Under the pieces are notes generated by a model that made no database searches, was not told where the DNA came from, and saw nothing but the letters and a program-made list of their open reading frames with translations. A DNA stretch of 64,000 nt, taken from positions 1,152,001 to 1,216,000 of the forward strand of contig CAXXFL010000001.1 in the NCBI GenBank assembly GCA_963674965.2, in the 5' to 3' direction. The translations under genes were made by a program, and so were the position numbers. The DNA comes from a bacterium (GTDB lineage Bacteria > RBG-13-61-14 > DATKZS01). This document shows, one piece after another, positions 19,243 through 28,464 of this stretch (positions within the stretch are counted from its first letter, which is position 1; each line of letters starts with the position of its first letter).

Positions 19243-19917
19243 CTATAGTATCTCAGATTTGAGCCGTTCGTATTCCTCCTTTGTAATAGCGCCCGACTCC
19301 TTAAGGCGAGAGAGCTCGGACAGTTTGGAGATCTTGTCAAAGACGCTAGTGGAATGAGTCCCCTTGGATGGAAAAAAACTCCTGCTATTCGCGTTGGAAC
19401 CAGCCTTTTGCGCGTCGGCCCGAGAATCATGACCGCCAATCCGAGCGGCTTCCGACCTTCCGCTCCAGTCGATCGCAAGATTGTGTATGTCGGTGTAATC
19501 CACCATTACGGGAATCCATCTTCCAGGCGTCGCCATTCCAAGGGCCGCGCGAGGAACGATCTGCTTTTTCTCCGTCACGTATGGCGCCTCACCCTCAAAA
19601 TTAACCTCAAGGGTAAAAACATAGACGGGGTTCTCAATGGCGCCATAGGAGATCGTTGTGCCAGTATCAACAATGGACTTGATCATGGCCATGGCGGGAC
19701 GACCGTTGGAGAGCAGTTTTGCATCCGCCTCCATTTCGCCTCCAATATTTGAAAACACCAACCCCATAATCAGCATTACCAGGCCAAAGAACGCTCCCAT
19801 CCCCAACCCGAACCAATCCACCGGTTCGAGCGAGACCCATAAATAATAGACCACCGCCGCGCTGGAGCCAATGGCTAAAAGTCCTCCAATAAATACGACC
19901 CTGCCAACGCTTTTCAT
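19243..19917 (-). CDS. Membrane protein with C-terminal SHOCT domain
   Basis: Two N-terminal TM segments, beta-rich middle, C-terminal LSELSRLKESGAITKEEYERLKSEIL. Confidence 0.8.
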   Translation of the reverse strand: MKSVGRVVFIGGLLAIGSSAAVVYYLWVSLEPVDWFGLGMGAFFGLVMLIMGLVFSNIGGEMEADAKLLSNGRPAMAMIKSIVDTGTTISYGAIENPVYVFTLEVNFEGEAPYVTEKKQIVPRAALGMATPGRWIPVMVDYTDIHNLAIDWSGRSEAARIGGHDSRADAQKAGSNANSRSFFPSKGTHSTSVFDKISKLSELSRLKESGAITKEEYERLKSEIL

Positions 19918-20142
19918 AATGATTCCCCTCTCTCGTTCGCGAAAGGCAAAACCGATCCCGTCCGCTGAAACCATATTGTATTAAGAAGGACATGTCAATA
20001 GATCCCTCTTGCCGATTGTCAGTCCAGATATGCAAGCAGCAAAAATATTAAGGTTAAAAACAGTCGAATAATTATTGCCATCTTCACGGCTGAAGGCCTG
20101 AAAAGAAAACGAAGCTAGATATAATTTCGAACGCATGGTAAA

Positions 20143-21051
20143 ATGTATCGTCTAATAGAACAGGAAAAAAACCTCACCATATTTTCGTCTCAGTGGGAAA
20201 GGAAAAATCTTTTGGGAAAGAAAAGAAAAGTCGACTCCAAGGAGATCGGACTTGGCATAGCGCTGATCTTCGGAAAATACCTACTTCGAACGGAACATCT
20301 CCATTACGGTTACTGGTCCGACGGCGTGGAAGTACACTATCTTAACCTCTCCGACGCTCAGGAAAAATACTGCGAATTCCTGGCCTCGAAAATTCCGGAG
20401 GGTACAAAAACCATCCTCGACGTCGGATGCGGGGCCGGGTCATTTGCTCTTAAGCTTATTTCTCTTGGCTACGAGGTCGATTGCGTGTCTCCGCCGGGAC
20501 TTCTGACTGAAAGGGCCAGGGAAGTCCTCGAGGGAAAAAGCAGCGTTACCATCTCAGGCTTCGAGGAATTTTCCACCGACAAACGCTATGACCTGGTGCT
20601 TTTCAGTGAAAGCTTCCAATATGTCAAAATAAAACAGGCGCTTAAAAAATGTCTCGATCTGCTTAATAAAGACGGGCACATCCTGATTTGCGACTTTTTC
20701 AGGAGAGCGAACACTCCAAAAGGATTGTTGGGTGGAGGGCACAAGATTGAATTGTTTGAAAAAGCCATTTCCAAATTTCCCCTGGAAAACCTTATCGATA
20801 TCGACATTACGGAACATACGGCGCCTAACATCGACATATATAACGACTTTCTTATCAAAGTCGCCAAGCCGCTCATGGAACTCCTGCTTTACTATCTCGA
20901 GTATAACCGGCCATTAATGCATCGAATTATCAACTGGAAGTTCAGCCGGATTTTCGATAAGGTCAGCGTGAAATACTTTTCCAACGACCGAAACTCGGAC
21001 GAGTTTAAAACGCATAAAATCTATAAATGCCTCCTTTACCGAAGGACCTGA
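20143..21051 (+). CDS. Class I SAM-dependent methyltransferase (sterol/tocopherol MT-like); true start may be slightly downstream
   Basis: HLHYGYW, ILDVGCGAG, YDLVLFSESFQY. Confidence 0.88.
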   Translation: MYRLIEQEKNLTIFSSQWERKNLLGKKRKVDSKEIGLGIALIFGKYLLRTEHLHYGYWSDGVEVHYLNLSDAQEKYCEFLASKIPEGTKTILDVGCGAGSFALKLISLGYEVDCVSPPGLLTERAREVLEGKSSVTISGFEEFSTDKRYDLVLFSESFQYVKIKQALKKCLDLLNKDGHILICDFFRRANTPKGLLGGGHKIELFEKAISKFPLENLIDIDITEHTAPNIDIYNDFLIKVAKPLMELLLYYLEYNRPLMHRIINWKFSRIFDKVSVKYFSNDRNSDEFKTHKIYKCLLYRRT

Positions 21052-21213
21052 AGACAATCAAATTGGCATAGCGATAGCTTTTATAAAGGTCTTTTCCAAT
21101 CCCTTTTCTTGCCCGAGCGGACTTTATCCGGATCGCGTCTGGAATTTCTCTTGACGCGCGAATTATTCCGTACTAAAAGTATAGCCTCTATCGTGAAAAG
21201 GAGATGGTATGAA

Positions 21214-21420
21214 TGAAGAGTTTTGAGGTGGTAAATACTTCAACTAGGTTAGGAATGATCTATTGGAGTAGGCGGGTCGTGGGCTGGATCGTTTTCGTGA
21301 GGCTTATGACCTCGTAAAGGAGATTAGTCAGCCCCGCGACTGGAGCGCCACCGTAAGGCTAGACCTTGTATAGGAGTTTGGCGGCCCCTCAAAGCGTGTC
21401 TACTCCGACCTTAGATCAAA
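21214..21420 (+). ncRNA. Putative IS110 bridge RNA (ends approximate)
   Basis: Closing stem TGATCTA..GGAGTAGGC / GTCTACTCC..TAGATCA enclosing two stem-internal-loop-hairpin units that carry AAAGGAG (21316-21322) and ATAGGAG (21370-21376). Confidence 0.75.
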
Positions 21421-21445
21421 TTTATTTCTAGGGAGGAGTAAGGAA

Positions 21446-22462
21446 ATGGGAAGGTACATTGGAATCGATCTGCACAGGAATTGTTTCACCTCTTGCGTCC
21501 TGGCCGAGAACGGACGGAACTATCTCAAGGACTGGCGTCTCGAGGATTTGGAGAAGTTTTGCTCGACGCTTCGCGAGTCCGACGAGATCGCGGTTGAGGT
21601 CACGGGCAACGTCCGCCTTTTTTACGACGCCGTTCGCGGCCTCGTTTCCCGCGTCGTGGTTGTCAACCCTCGCCAGTTCAAGGTCATCAGCGAGTCGGTC
21701 AACAAAACGGACGGCAACGACGCCAGACGCCTTGCCCTGTTTTTGTCCAAGGGCCTTTTGCCGGAGGTGAGGATGCCGAACAAGGAACACGCTCAGGTTA
21801 AAAGCCTCACTCAAAGCCGGGACAAGCTGGTGAAGCTTCGCACGGCCTTGAAGAACAAGATCAACAACATCTGCTCGGCCCACGGCATCAACCTGAAGAA
21901 GGAATATCTTTCCAGCGAGAAGGGCCTTGAGACGGTGCAGGAGATACCTTTCGACCCCATGGTCAAGACCGAGGTCCGCGTCCTGGTGGAGCAGATTCGG
22001 GGCTTGAACGCCGGGGTCAAGGAGCTTGAGGCCGCCATCAAGGACTCGGGCAATCAGCTTCCCGGTCACAAGAATTTGAAGAGCATAAAGGGTATCGGGG
22101 ACCTTGGCTCGGCCATACTTTTGTCGGTGATCGTTGACGTCAAGGACTTCCCCGACGAGGGCAAGCTGGCCTCCTACTTCGGCATCGTCCCCCGGGTTAG
22201 CAACTCGAACGAGACCAGCCGCTCGGGCCGGATCACGAAGCGGGGCAACAAACTCGGCCGCACTACCCTGGTCCAATGCGCCCTCATCGCCAAGCGTTAC
22301 AGCCCTTATTTGTCGAGCTTCTACGAGCGTATCAAGGCCAGGCGCGGCGCGGGCAAGGCCATCATCGCACTGGCTCGCAAATTTTTGAAGATCATTTACA
22401 TCACTTTACAGGAAAACTTGATTTGGGAGGACTTCCCGAACGGAGTAATAGCGAAAGGCTGA
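21446..22462 (+). CDS. IS110 family recombinase/transposase
   Basis: YIGIDLH, AVEVTG, KTDGNDARRLA (DEDD); LKSIKGIG; SYFGIVP...S; ITKRGN; KAIIALARK. Confidence 0.96.
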   Translation: MGRYIGIDLHRNCFTSCVLAENGRNYLKDWRLEDLEKFCSTLRESDEIAVEVTGNVRLFYDAVRGLVSRVVVVNPRQFKVISESVNKTDGNDARRLALFLSKGLLPEVRMPNKEHAQVKSLTQSRDKLVKLRTALKNKINNICSAHGINLKKEYLSSEKGLETVQEIPFDPMVKTEVRVLVEQIRGLNAGVKELEAAIKDSGNQLPGHKNLKSIKGIGDLGSAILLSVIVDVKDFPDEGKLASYFGIVPRVSNSNETSRSGRITKRGNKLGRTTLVQCALIAKRYSPYLSSFYERIKARRGAGKAIIALARKFLKIIYITLQENLIWEDFPNGVIAKG

Positions 22463-22523
22463 GTTTGTAAAATAATTCAGCTAATTTAAAAGGTTGGGTA
22501 GACAACCATCATAGGAGGAAGCC

Positions 22524-23360
22524 ATGAAAAACCGGCTTACCGAGCTTCTTAAAATAGAGTATCCCATCATCCAGGGCGGGATGATGGAGATTTCCCGCGC
22601 CAGACTGGTGGCGGCGGTATCCAACGCGGGCGGCATGGGTACCCTCGGCCAGAGGATGGACCTTGCCGCTTGGCGGGACGAGGTCAAGAAAACCAGGGAC
22701 CTTACCGATAAACCCTTCGCCATAAACCTTCCCATGCATGTGCCCGACCTCGACAAAAGGCTCGATATCATCAAGGAAGAAGGCGTCAAAGTCGTGGCCA
22801 CCGCCGCCGGAAACCCGGCCCGAGTAATCGGCGAGCTAAAAGATGCCGGAGTCACGGTCATCCACGTGGTGGGGTCGGCGGCCCAGGCCGTCAAGGTCGA
22901 GGCCGCCGGGGTCGAGGCCGTGGTGGCGGAGGGCGGCGAAAGCGGCGGCATGGTGGGCAAAGACAGGGTCTCGACCATCGTCCTTGCCCCCGAGGCCGTT
23001 GACGCGGTCAAGATACCGGTTGTCGCCGCCGGCGGTCTTTGCGACGCAAGAGGACTCGTGGCGGCCCTGGCTCTCGGGGCCCAGGGCGTGCAGCTCGGCA
23101 CCAGGTTTGTCGCCTGCCTCGAGTGCGACGCGCCTCAAAAATGGAAAGACGCCATTATAAAGGCCAGGGACACCGATACTCATATCGTTCCACGAGGCAA
23201 GGCCCAGGCCAGGATGCTCAAGGACGAGGTAGAAAAAGGAGCCATGGCCGGCATCGTTGCGGCCAGGATCGATAAAATCGAAACGGTCGAATCTATCATA
23301 CATGAAATGGTGTCGGAGGCCGAACAAGTTCTTGCCCGCATAAAGGAGCAGATTTTGTAA
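22524..23360 (+). CDS. Nitronate monooxygenase / FabK-like flavoprotein
   Basis: IEYPIIQGGM, AVSNAGGMGTL, VAEGGESGG, PVVAAGG, GVQLGTRF. Confidence 0.92.
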   Translation: MKNRLTELLKIEYPIIQGGMMEISRARLVAAVSNAGGMGTLGQRMDLAAWRDEVKKTRDLTDKPFAINLPMHVPDLDKRLDIIKEEGVKVVATAAGNPARVIGELKDAGVTVIHVVGSAAQAVKVEAAGVEAVVAEGGESGGMVGKDRVSTIVLAPEAVDAVKIPVVAAGGLCDARGLVAALALGAQGVQLGTRFVACLECDAPQKWKDAIIKARDTDTHIVPRGKAQARMLKDEVEKGAMAGIVAARIDKIETVESIIHEMVSEAEQVLARIKEQIL

Positions 23361-23504
23361 GAAACCGTGCTATAATCGGGTCGATTGCCTATGGCGGCGC
23401 TTACCGCCTTTTAAGCGGCCGGCGCCCAAACGACTCCAGCGGGAACGGTCTTTTGGCTTCTGGCCGGAAACTCATTTCAACGTCTTTACCTACAGGGGAG
23501 AACC

Positions 23505-25829
23505 ATGAAAAGCGCCGATGAACTTATCGCCAGTTGGGAACCTCTTTTCAATCCTAGAAGCGTGGCCGTGGTGGGCGCCAGCAACGGAATCGGAAAATGG
23601 GGCTTCATCATTCCCATGAACCTCGTTACCGGCGGGTACGAGGGCAAGCTCTACATGGTCAACCCCAAGGAAAAGTCCATACAGGGACTGCCCACCGTGA
23701 AAAGCCTCGCCCACATTCAGGACGAGGTCGACCTGGTCATGGTCACCGTGCCGGCCCCTCTCGTGATTGACGTCATCGATCAAGCCGCGGACATAGGCGC
23801 CAAGAACATGGTGGTTATATCCTCGGGTTTTTCCGAGACCGGCGCCGAGGGCATGGAACTGGAAAAGAAACTCCAAGCCAAGGCCCTGGGGCGCGGCGTT
23901 CGGGTCATAGGGCCCAACACCATGGGCATAAGCTCGCCTCCCACCAACATGTTCGCCACCGGCGCCTTTGCCCATCCTCCCGCGGGCAACGTGGCCTTTG
24001 TCTCACAGTCCGGCAACCTGGGAGTGCAGCTTCTGGGCTGGGCCGCCGGCGCGGGCCTTGGCATCAGCCGTTTTATCGGCAGCGGCAACGAAGCCGTCGT
24101 CACTTGCGACCAGATTCTCGAATACTACGGCGCGGACCCCGAAACCCGGGTCATCATCATGTACCTGGAGGGGATCGACGACGGACGCCGCTTCCTCGAG
24201 GTTGCTCGGAAAGTCACGCCTCATAAGCCGGTCATCGCGCTTAAAATGGGCGCCACCGAGGCGGGGGCCAAGGCGGCGGCGTCCCATTCAGGGGCCGTCA
24301 GTACCCCTCACCGCGTGTACCAGGCAATGGTCAAGCAGGCCGGCATCCTCGAGGCCTCGAGCACCGAGGAAATGGTCAACCTGGCAAGGACCTTCGGTAA
24401 CCTCCCTATCCCCCAAGGCCGAAGGGTCGGCATCATGACCATGGGAGGCGGATGGGGCGTCGTGACCACCGACGCCTGCTCCAAGGCGGGGCTTTCCCTG
24501 CCCCAACCGTCGGCCGCCACCATCGAGGCCATCGACCAGGTGTTGCCCAAGTTCTGGAGCCGCGGAAACCCCGTCGACCTGGTGGGTACCGTCAATCGGT
24601 CCGCCCACTTCCGCGTGCTCGAGGCTTTGGTCTCCGACCCCTGCTACGATTCCATTATCACTCTCGGTTCTCTTACGGGCATGAAGTACATGCGCGACTC
24701 CCACCGCAGGGAAGGCCGCAGGGCCCTCCGGGCCATTATTAAAAGGCATGGCTGGAATATGGGCGGGTTCCTCCTTTCCATTTACAAGGGCGTGAGACAG
24801 GCCATGCAAAAGCGGCCCAAGAAACAGGTGATCGAAAAAAACAAGAACCAGTCGGGCGGTATCAACTTCCGCGAGGCCCGGCAGTGGAAGGACGAGTTGT
24901 TCTCGAAAGAATTGCGCAAGCTTATGCAGGCCTCGGGCAAGCCCATCGTGCCCGTTCCCTTCGAGCCGGCCACGGTGGCAGACATCTTCAAGGGCCTCGA
25001 ACTCGTGGCTTTCGGCATTCCCGAGGACGCCGTGGTAGCCATCTCCAAACTGGCCGATTACCATTCCTTTCTCGAGCGCCACAAGATGGAGTTGGAGCGG
25101 GACGACCTCGAGATTCCCAATGACGATATGGCCCTTGCCATCGGCAGCCAGATGATGAACCACTCCGGCGCCATGTCCGAGCATGAGAGTAAAGAAGTCC
25201 TTACCCGCTACGGCATCAGCGTCACCGACGAGCGGCTCGCCTCCAGCGAGCAAGAGGCCGCCTTGGCCGCCCGCGAGATAGGCTTTCCCGTGGTCGTCAA
25301 GATCGACTCTCCCGACATCGGCCACAAGACCGACCTCGGCTGCGTCCAAATCAACCTCGAGACCGAGGACGAAGTGCGCGAGGCTTTCAGGACCGTCACC
25401 GAGAACGCGCAAAAGCACGCGCCCAAGGCCAGAATTTCCGGTGTCCTCGTCCAGGAAATGGTCTCGGGTGGGACCGAGGTTATCATCGGCGTGTCCACCG
25501 ACCCCCATTACGGGCAGACCATCGTCTTCGGTCTGGGCGGCATCTTCGTCGAGGTCCTCGAGGACGTGTCCCTCCGCATCCTGCCCATCGAGCTGGTCGA
25601 CGCTGAGGCCATGGTCAGGGAAATTAAAGGCTACAAGGTGCTGGAGGGAACTAGGGGCAAGAAACCGAGGGACATCCAGACCCTGGCCGAAACCATCCGC
25701 CGCGTGGCCGACTTGGCCGATGACTTAAAGGACCACATCGCGGAAATGGATATCAACCCACTTATGGTTTTCGAAAAAGGAAAAGGCGTCAAAGCCCTCG
25801 ACGCCCTGATCGTACTGAAAGACAAATAG
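23505..25829 (+). CDS. Acyl-CoA synthetase (NDP-forming), fused CoA-binding and ATP-grasp domains
   Basis: FNPRSVAVVGAS, IGPNTMG, SQSG, AASHSG, NPVDL, GFPVVVK...HKTD, EMDINPL. Confidence 0.93.
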   Translation: MKSADELIASWEPLFNPRSVAVVGASNGIGKWGFIIPMNLVTGGYEGKLYMVNPKEKSIQGLPTVKSLAHIQDEVDLVMVTVPAPLVIDVIDQAADIGAKNMVVISSGFSETGAEGMELEKKLQAKALGRGVRVIGPNTMGISSPPTNMFATGAFAHPPAGNVAFVSQSGNLGVQLLGWAAGAGLGISRFIGSGNEAVVTCDQILEYYGADPETRVIIMYLEGIDDGRRFLEVARKVTPHKPVIALKMGATEAGAKAAASHSGAVSTPHRVYQAMVKQAGILEASSTEEMVNLARTFGNLPIPQGRRVGIMTMGGGWGVVTTDACSKAGLSLPQPSAATIEAIDQVLPKFWSRGNPVDLVGTVNRSAHFRVLEALVSDPCYDSIITLGSLTGMKYMRDSHRREGRRALRAIIKRHGWNMGGFLLSIYKGVRQAMQKRPKKQVIEKNKNQSGGINFREARQWKDELFSKELRKLMQASGKPIVPVPFEPATVADIFKGLELVAFGIPEDAVVAISKLADYHSFLERHKMELERDDLEIPNDDMALAIGSQMMNHSGAMSEHESKEVLTRYGISVTDERLASSEQEAALAAREIGFPVVVKIDSPDIGHKTDLGCVQINLETEDEVREAFRTVTENAQKHAPKARISGVLVQEMVSGGTEVIIGVSTDPHYGQTIVFGLGGIFVEVLEDVSLRILPIELVDAEAMVREIKGYKVLEGTRGKKPRDIQTLAETIRRVADLADDLKDHIAEMDINPLMVFEKGKGVKALDALIVLKDK

Positions 25830-25840
25830 AGGAATAGCCA

Positions 25841-28414
25841 GTGAACTGTTAAAAAAACAAAATAACGCGGCGTCTTTTCATTAACGAGAGTCTGGCGGCG
25901 ACGGGTGGACTGGTTGCCCTCTCTCAGGCCTGGGCGTGGCCGGCGTGGGGTGAGGACGACTTCGAGGGGGAAGTCTCCCGCATGGGCCGGATGAAATACG
26001 ATCCCGAGACGAAACGCGTGTGGGTTAGCCTTTTAGACGTCAAGGTGACCACGCGCGTCGAGGACACGGAGATCGGCCCGACCAACGTAAGCCAGGCCCG
26101 CGACCGGATCGTGGTCAAGTCGAAGACGGGCGGCACAAGGTACGGCGGCTATTACGACGTGAGCGAGGGCCAGCCTCACGCCAAGCTCGATCCCCGCTTG
26201 GACGCGCGAGCGGGCAAGGTCTGCGTCGCCTGGTGCGCCATGGACCACTCCGACCGGCAATGGCGGGTTTACGCCAACTTCTTCGGCGACGGCGAGTCCT
26301 GGACCGGCCCCATGGAGGTCGCCGGAGGGGAGCGCCCCGCCCTTCATCCCAGCGTGGCCATCGACCCCGAGACGGGCAAGGTCTTTATAGCCTACGAGGA
26401 CTGGGCCGACTCGACCATCAGGCTGACCTCCTACGACGGCGCCGGATGGAGCGAGACCATGGCGATCAGCGAGAAGGACGAGAACTATCGGCCGACGCTT
26501 ATCGTGACAAGGCGGGGAGGAAGGCACAAGGGCGCCGTCGCGGTCGCCTGGGACTCATACCGGGGAGAGCAATACGATATCTTTCTTCGCCTGCTTGGCC
26601 GCGACGGCCGCCTGGGCCCGGAAACGCGAGTCACCGAAAGCGCGCTTTGGGACTGCGGCGCTGACCTTTGCGAGGACCTGGACGGCAACCTGTGGATAGT
26701 CTGGACCCGGGCCTCGAACGCCCTGGCCCAGACCAACGCGCTTCGCGAGGTCCGGGTCCGGTTCTTCGACGGCGAGAAGTGGCTATGGCCTTATCCGGCG
26801 GAAGACGGGGGTGACGACAACGGGCTCATCTCGGCCAACTCGGTGAACTGGCATCCCAAGATAATTGTGGACGAGCTTAACCGCGTTCACGTTTTCTGGC
26901 GCGACGGCATGAACCCGGCGCCTCCAATCATCGGCAAAATAAGGTTCAGGACCTACGAGGGCGACCGCTGGTCAAGGCTCCGCCACCTCAAGGTCAACCA
27001 TGGCAAAGACGCCGTTCATATGATATGGGACTTCTCGACCGCGGTGACCGACGGATACCGGGTCGAGGGAGTATGGGACAGCCAGTACGTGAAAAGACTG
27101 GGCTTCGCCAACAAGGTCAGCCACGTCCGTTTCTCGTCCGCTCGTCCCCGCCGGAAAGAGAGAGTAACGGTCAAGGGCCAGGGCGCTCCCGAACGCCTGG
27201 GGGAGGGCTGGCCCAAGCAGCCCCGGCCGGAGAAGAGGGAAGCCATCATTGGCGGCCAAAGATACTCGCTGGTCTTCGGCGACACGCACACTCACTCCTG
27301 GACCAGCGACGGTGCTGACCCGGCCGACTTCTACTATCACTTCGCCAGGGATTACGCGGGCCTCGATTACTACGCCCTTTCAGACCACGACTTCACGGTG
27401 AGCTACACGCCGGGACTCGAGGCCCTCATATCCTTTCTGCCCGAGAGGTTCGCCTCGGAGGACTTCATCTGCTTCCAGGCCTTCGAGTTCAGCTCCCAGC
27501 ACAAGGGACATCGGGTGGTGGTGTTCGAGAAGCCCTATAAGCCGACCTTTTCGATGGTCGTGCCTCCCAAGAACAAGAGCAATACCACGGCCGGGCTCTA
27601 CAGGTTCCTGCACCGCTTCGGCCTCGAGCCCGACTCGAGGGTACTGGTCACGGCCCACAACATGTTCAACCTGGGCAACGACTTCAAGGAGCACGACGAG
27701 AATTTCGAGCCCCTCTACGACGTGACCAGCCTGCACGTTATCGCGGAAAAGCCCTTTGACGAATACCTGGACGGCCGGGCCGCCGGCGGCAACAAATCGG
27801 CCGTGGCCCTTTTAGGGACCATCGCCGCGGTCAACTCCATGAACCCCTCCCGCGCGAGAAGGAACAAGTGGTTCTCCTGCTGGCGCCAGTGCCTGGACGA
27901 CGGCCTGCCCCTCGGGGCCTACGGAACGTCCGACACCCACGCGGCCAACGCCATCGGCTACGTCACGGCCGGGTTGTGGGTCAGGGAAAAAACCGGCAAG
28001 GCCATCTTTGACGCCATGTTCGCCAGGAGGTCCACCGGCCTTGACAGCCGGCTTCGGTCGGCCGAGATGTGGAATACAAACCCCGAGATGGTCCGGGAAC
28101 GAAACTACGACGCGCTGCGCGCGGACATAAGGTTCTTCCTTGACGACCATTTCATGGGAGAGAAGCCCTCGGTTTCCGGCCCTCCCCAGGCGCGGGCCGA
28201 GGTCTACAACCAGGACAAAAACGACCCGGCGCGAGCCGTGGTTTTCATAAAGGACGGCATGGAGGTCCATACGGCTTTTCCGGAGGGGAATAACCCCGCC
28301 GCGGTCTCCTGGCGGGATGAGGAGTTCGAGGGCGGACGCCACTATTACTACGTCAGGGTCGATTTCAAAAGCGGCAACGTGGGTTTCTCGTCGCCCGTGT
28401 TCGTAAATTACTGA
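25841..28414 (+). CDS. Tat-type exported protein, beta-rich N-terminal half plus PHP-like metallohydrolase; 5' end interrupted by in-frame TAA (open frame from ATG 25982)
   Basis: FGDTHTHS.TSDG, LSDHD, GTSDTH, YYYVRV...SSPVFV; upstream in-frame TRRLF plus hydrophobic stretch; TAA at 25850-25852. Confidence 0.75.
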
Positions 28415-28464
28415 ATACGAGGCTCTTCCGGCTCAAAGGATAGGCAAAAGGTCTTCTCAAGAAG

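Larger units (their letters stand above)
21199..22517 (+). mobile_element. IS110 family insertion sequence, apparently complete
   Basis: DEDD recombinase; AGGAG at both ends (21199-21203, 22513-22517); long left non-coding end; short subterminal inverted repeat GATGGT/ACCATC. Confidence 0.85.

Noticed and set aside
21064-21079. Sigma54 promoter TGGCATAGCGATAGCT upstream of the IS110
   Set aside because: GG-N10-GC spacing fits, but the -12 element is non-consensus and it lies only 12 nt after the upstream stop codon; too weak to call.
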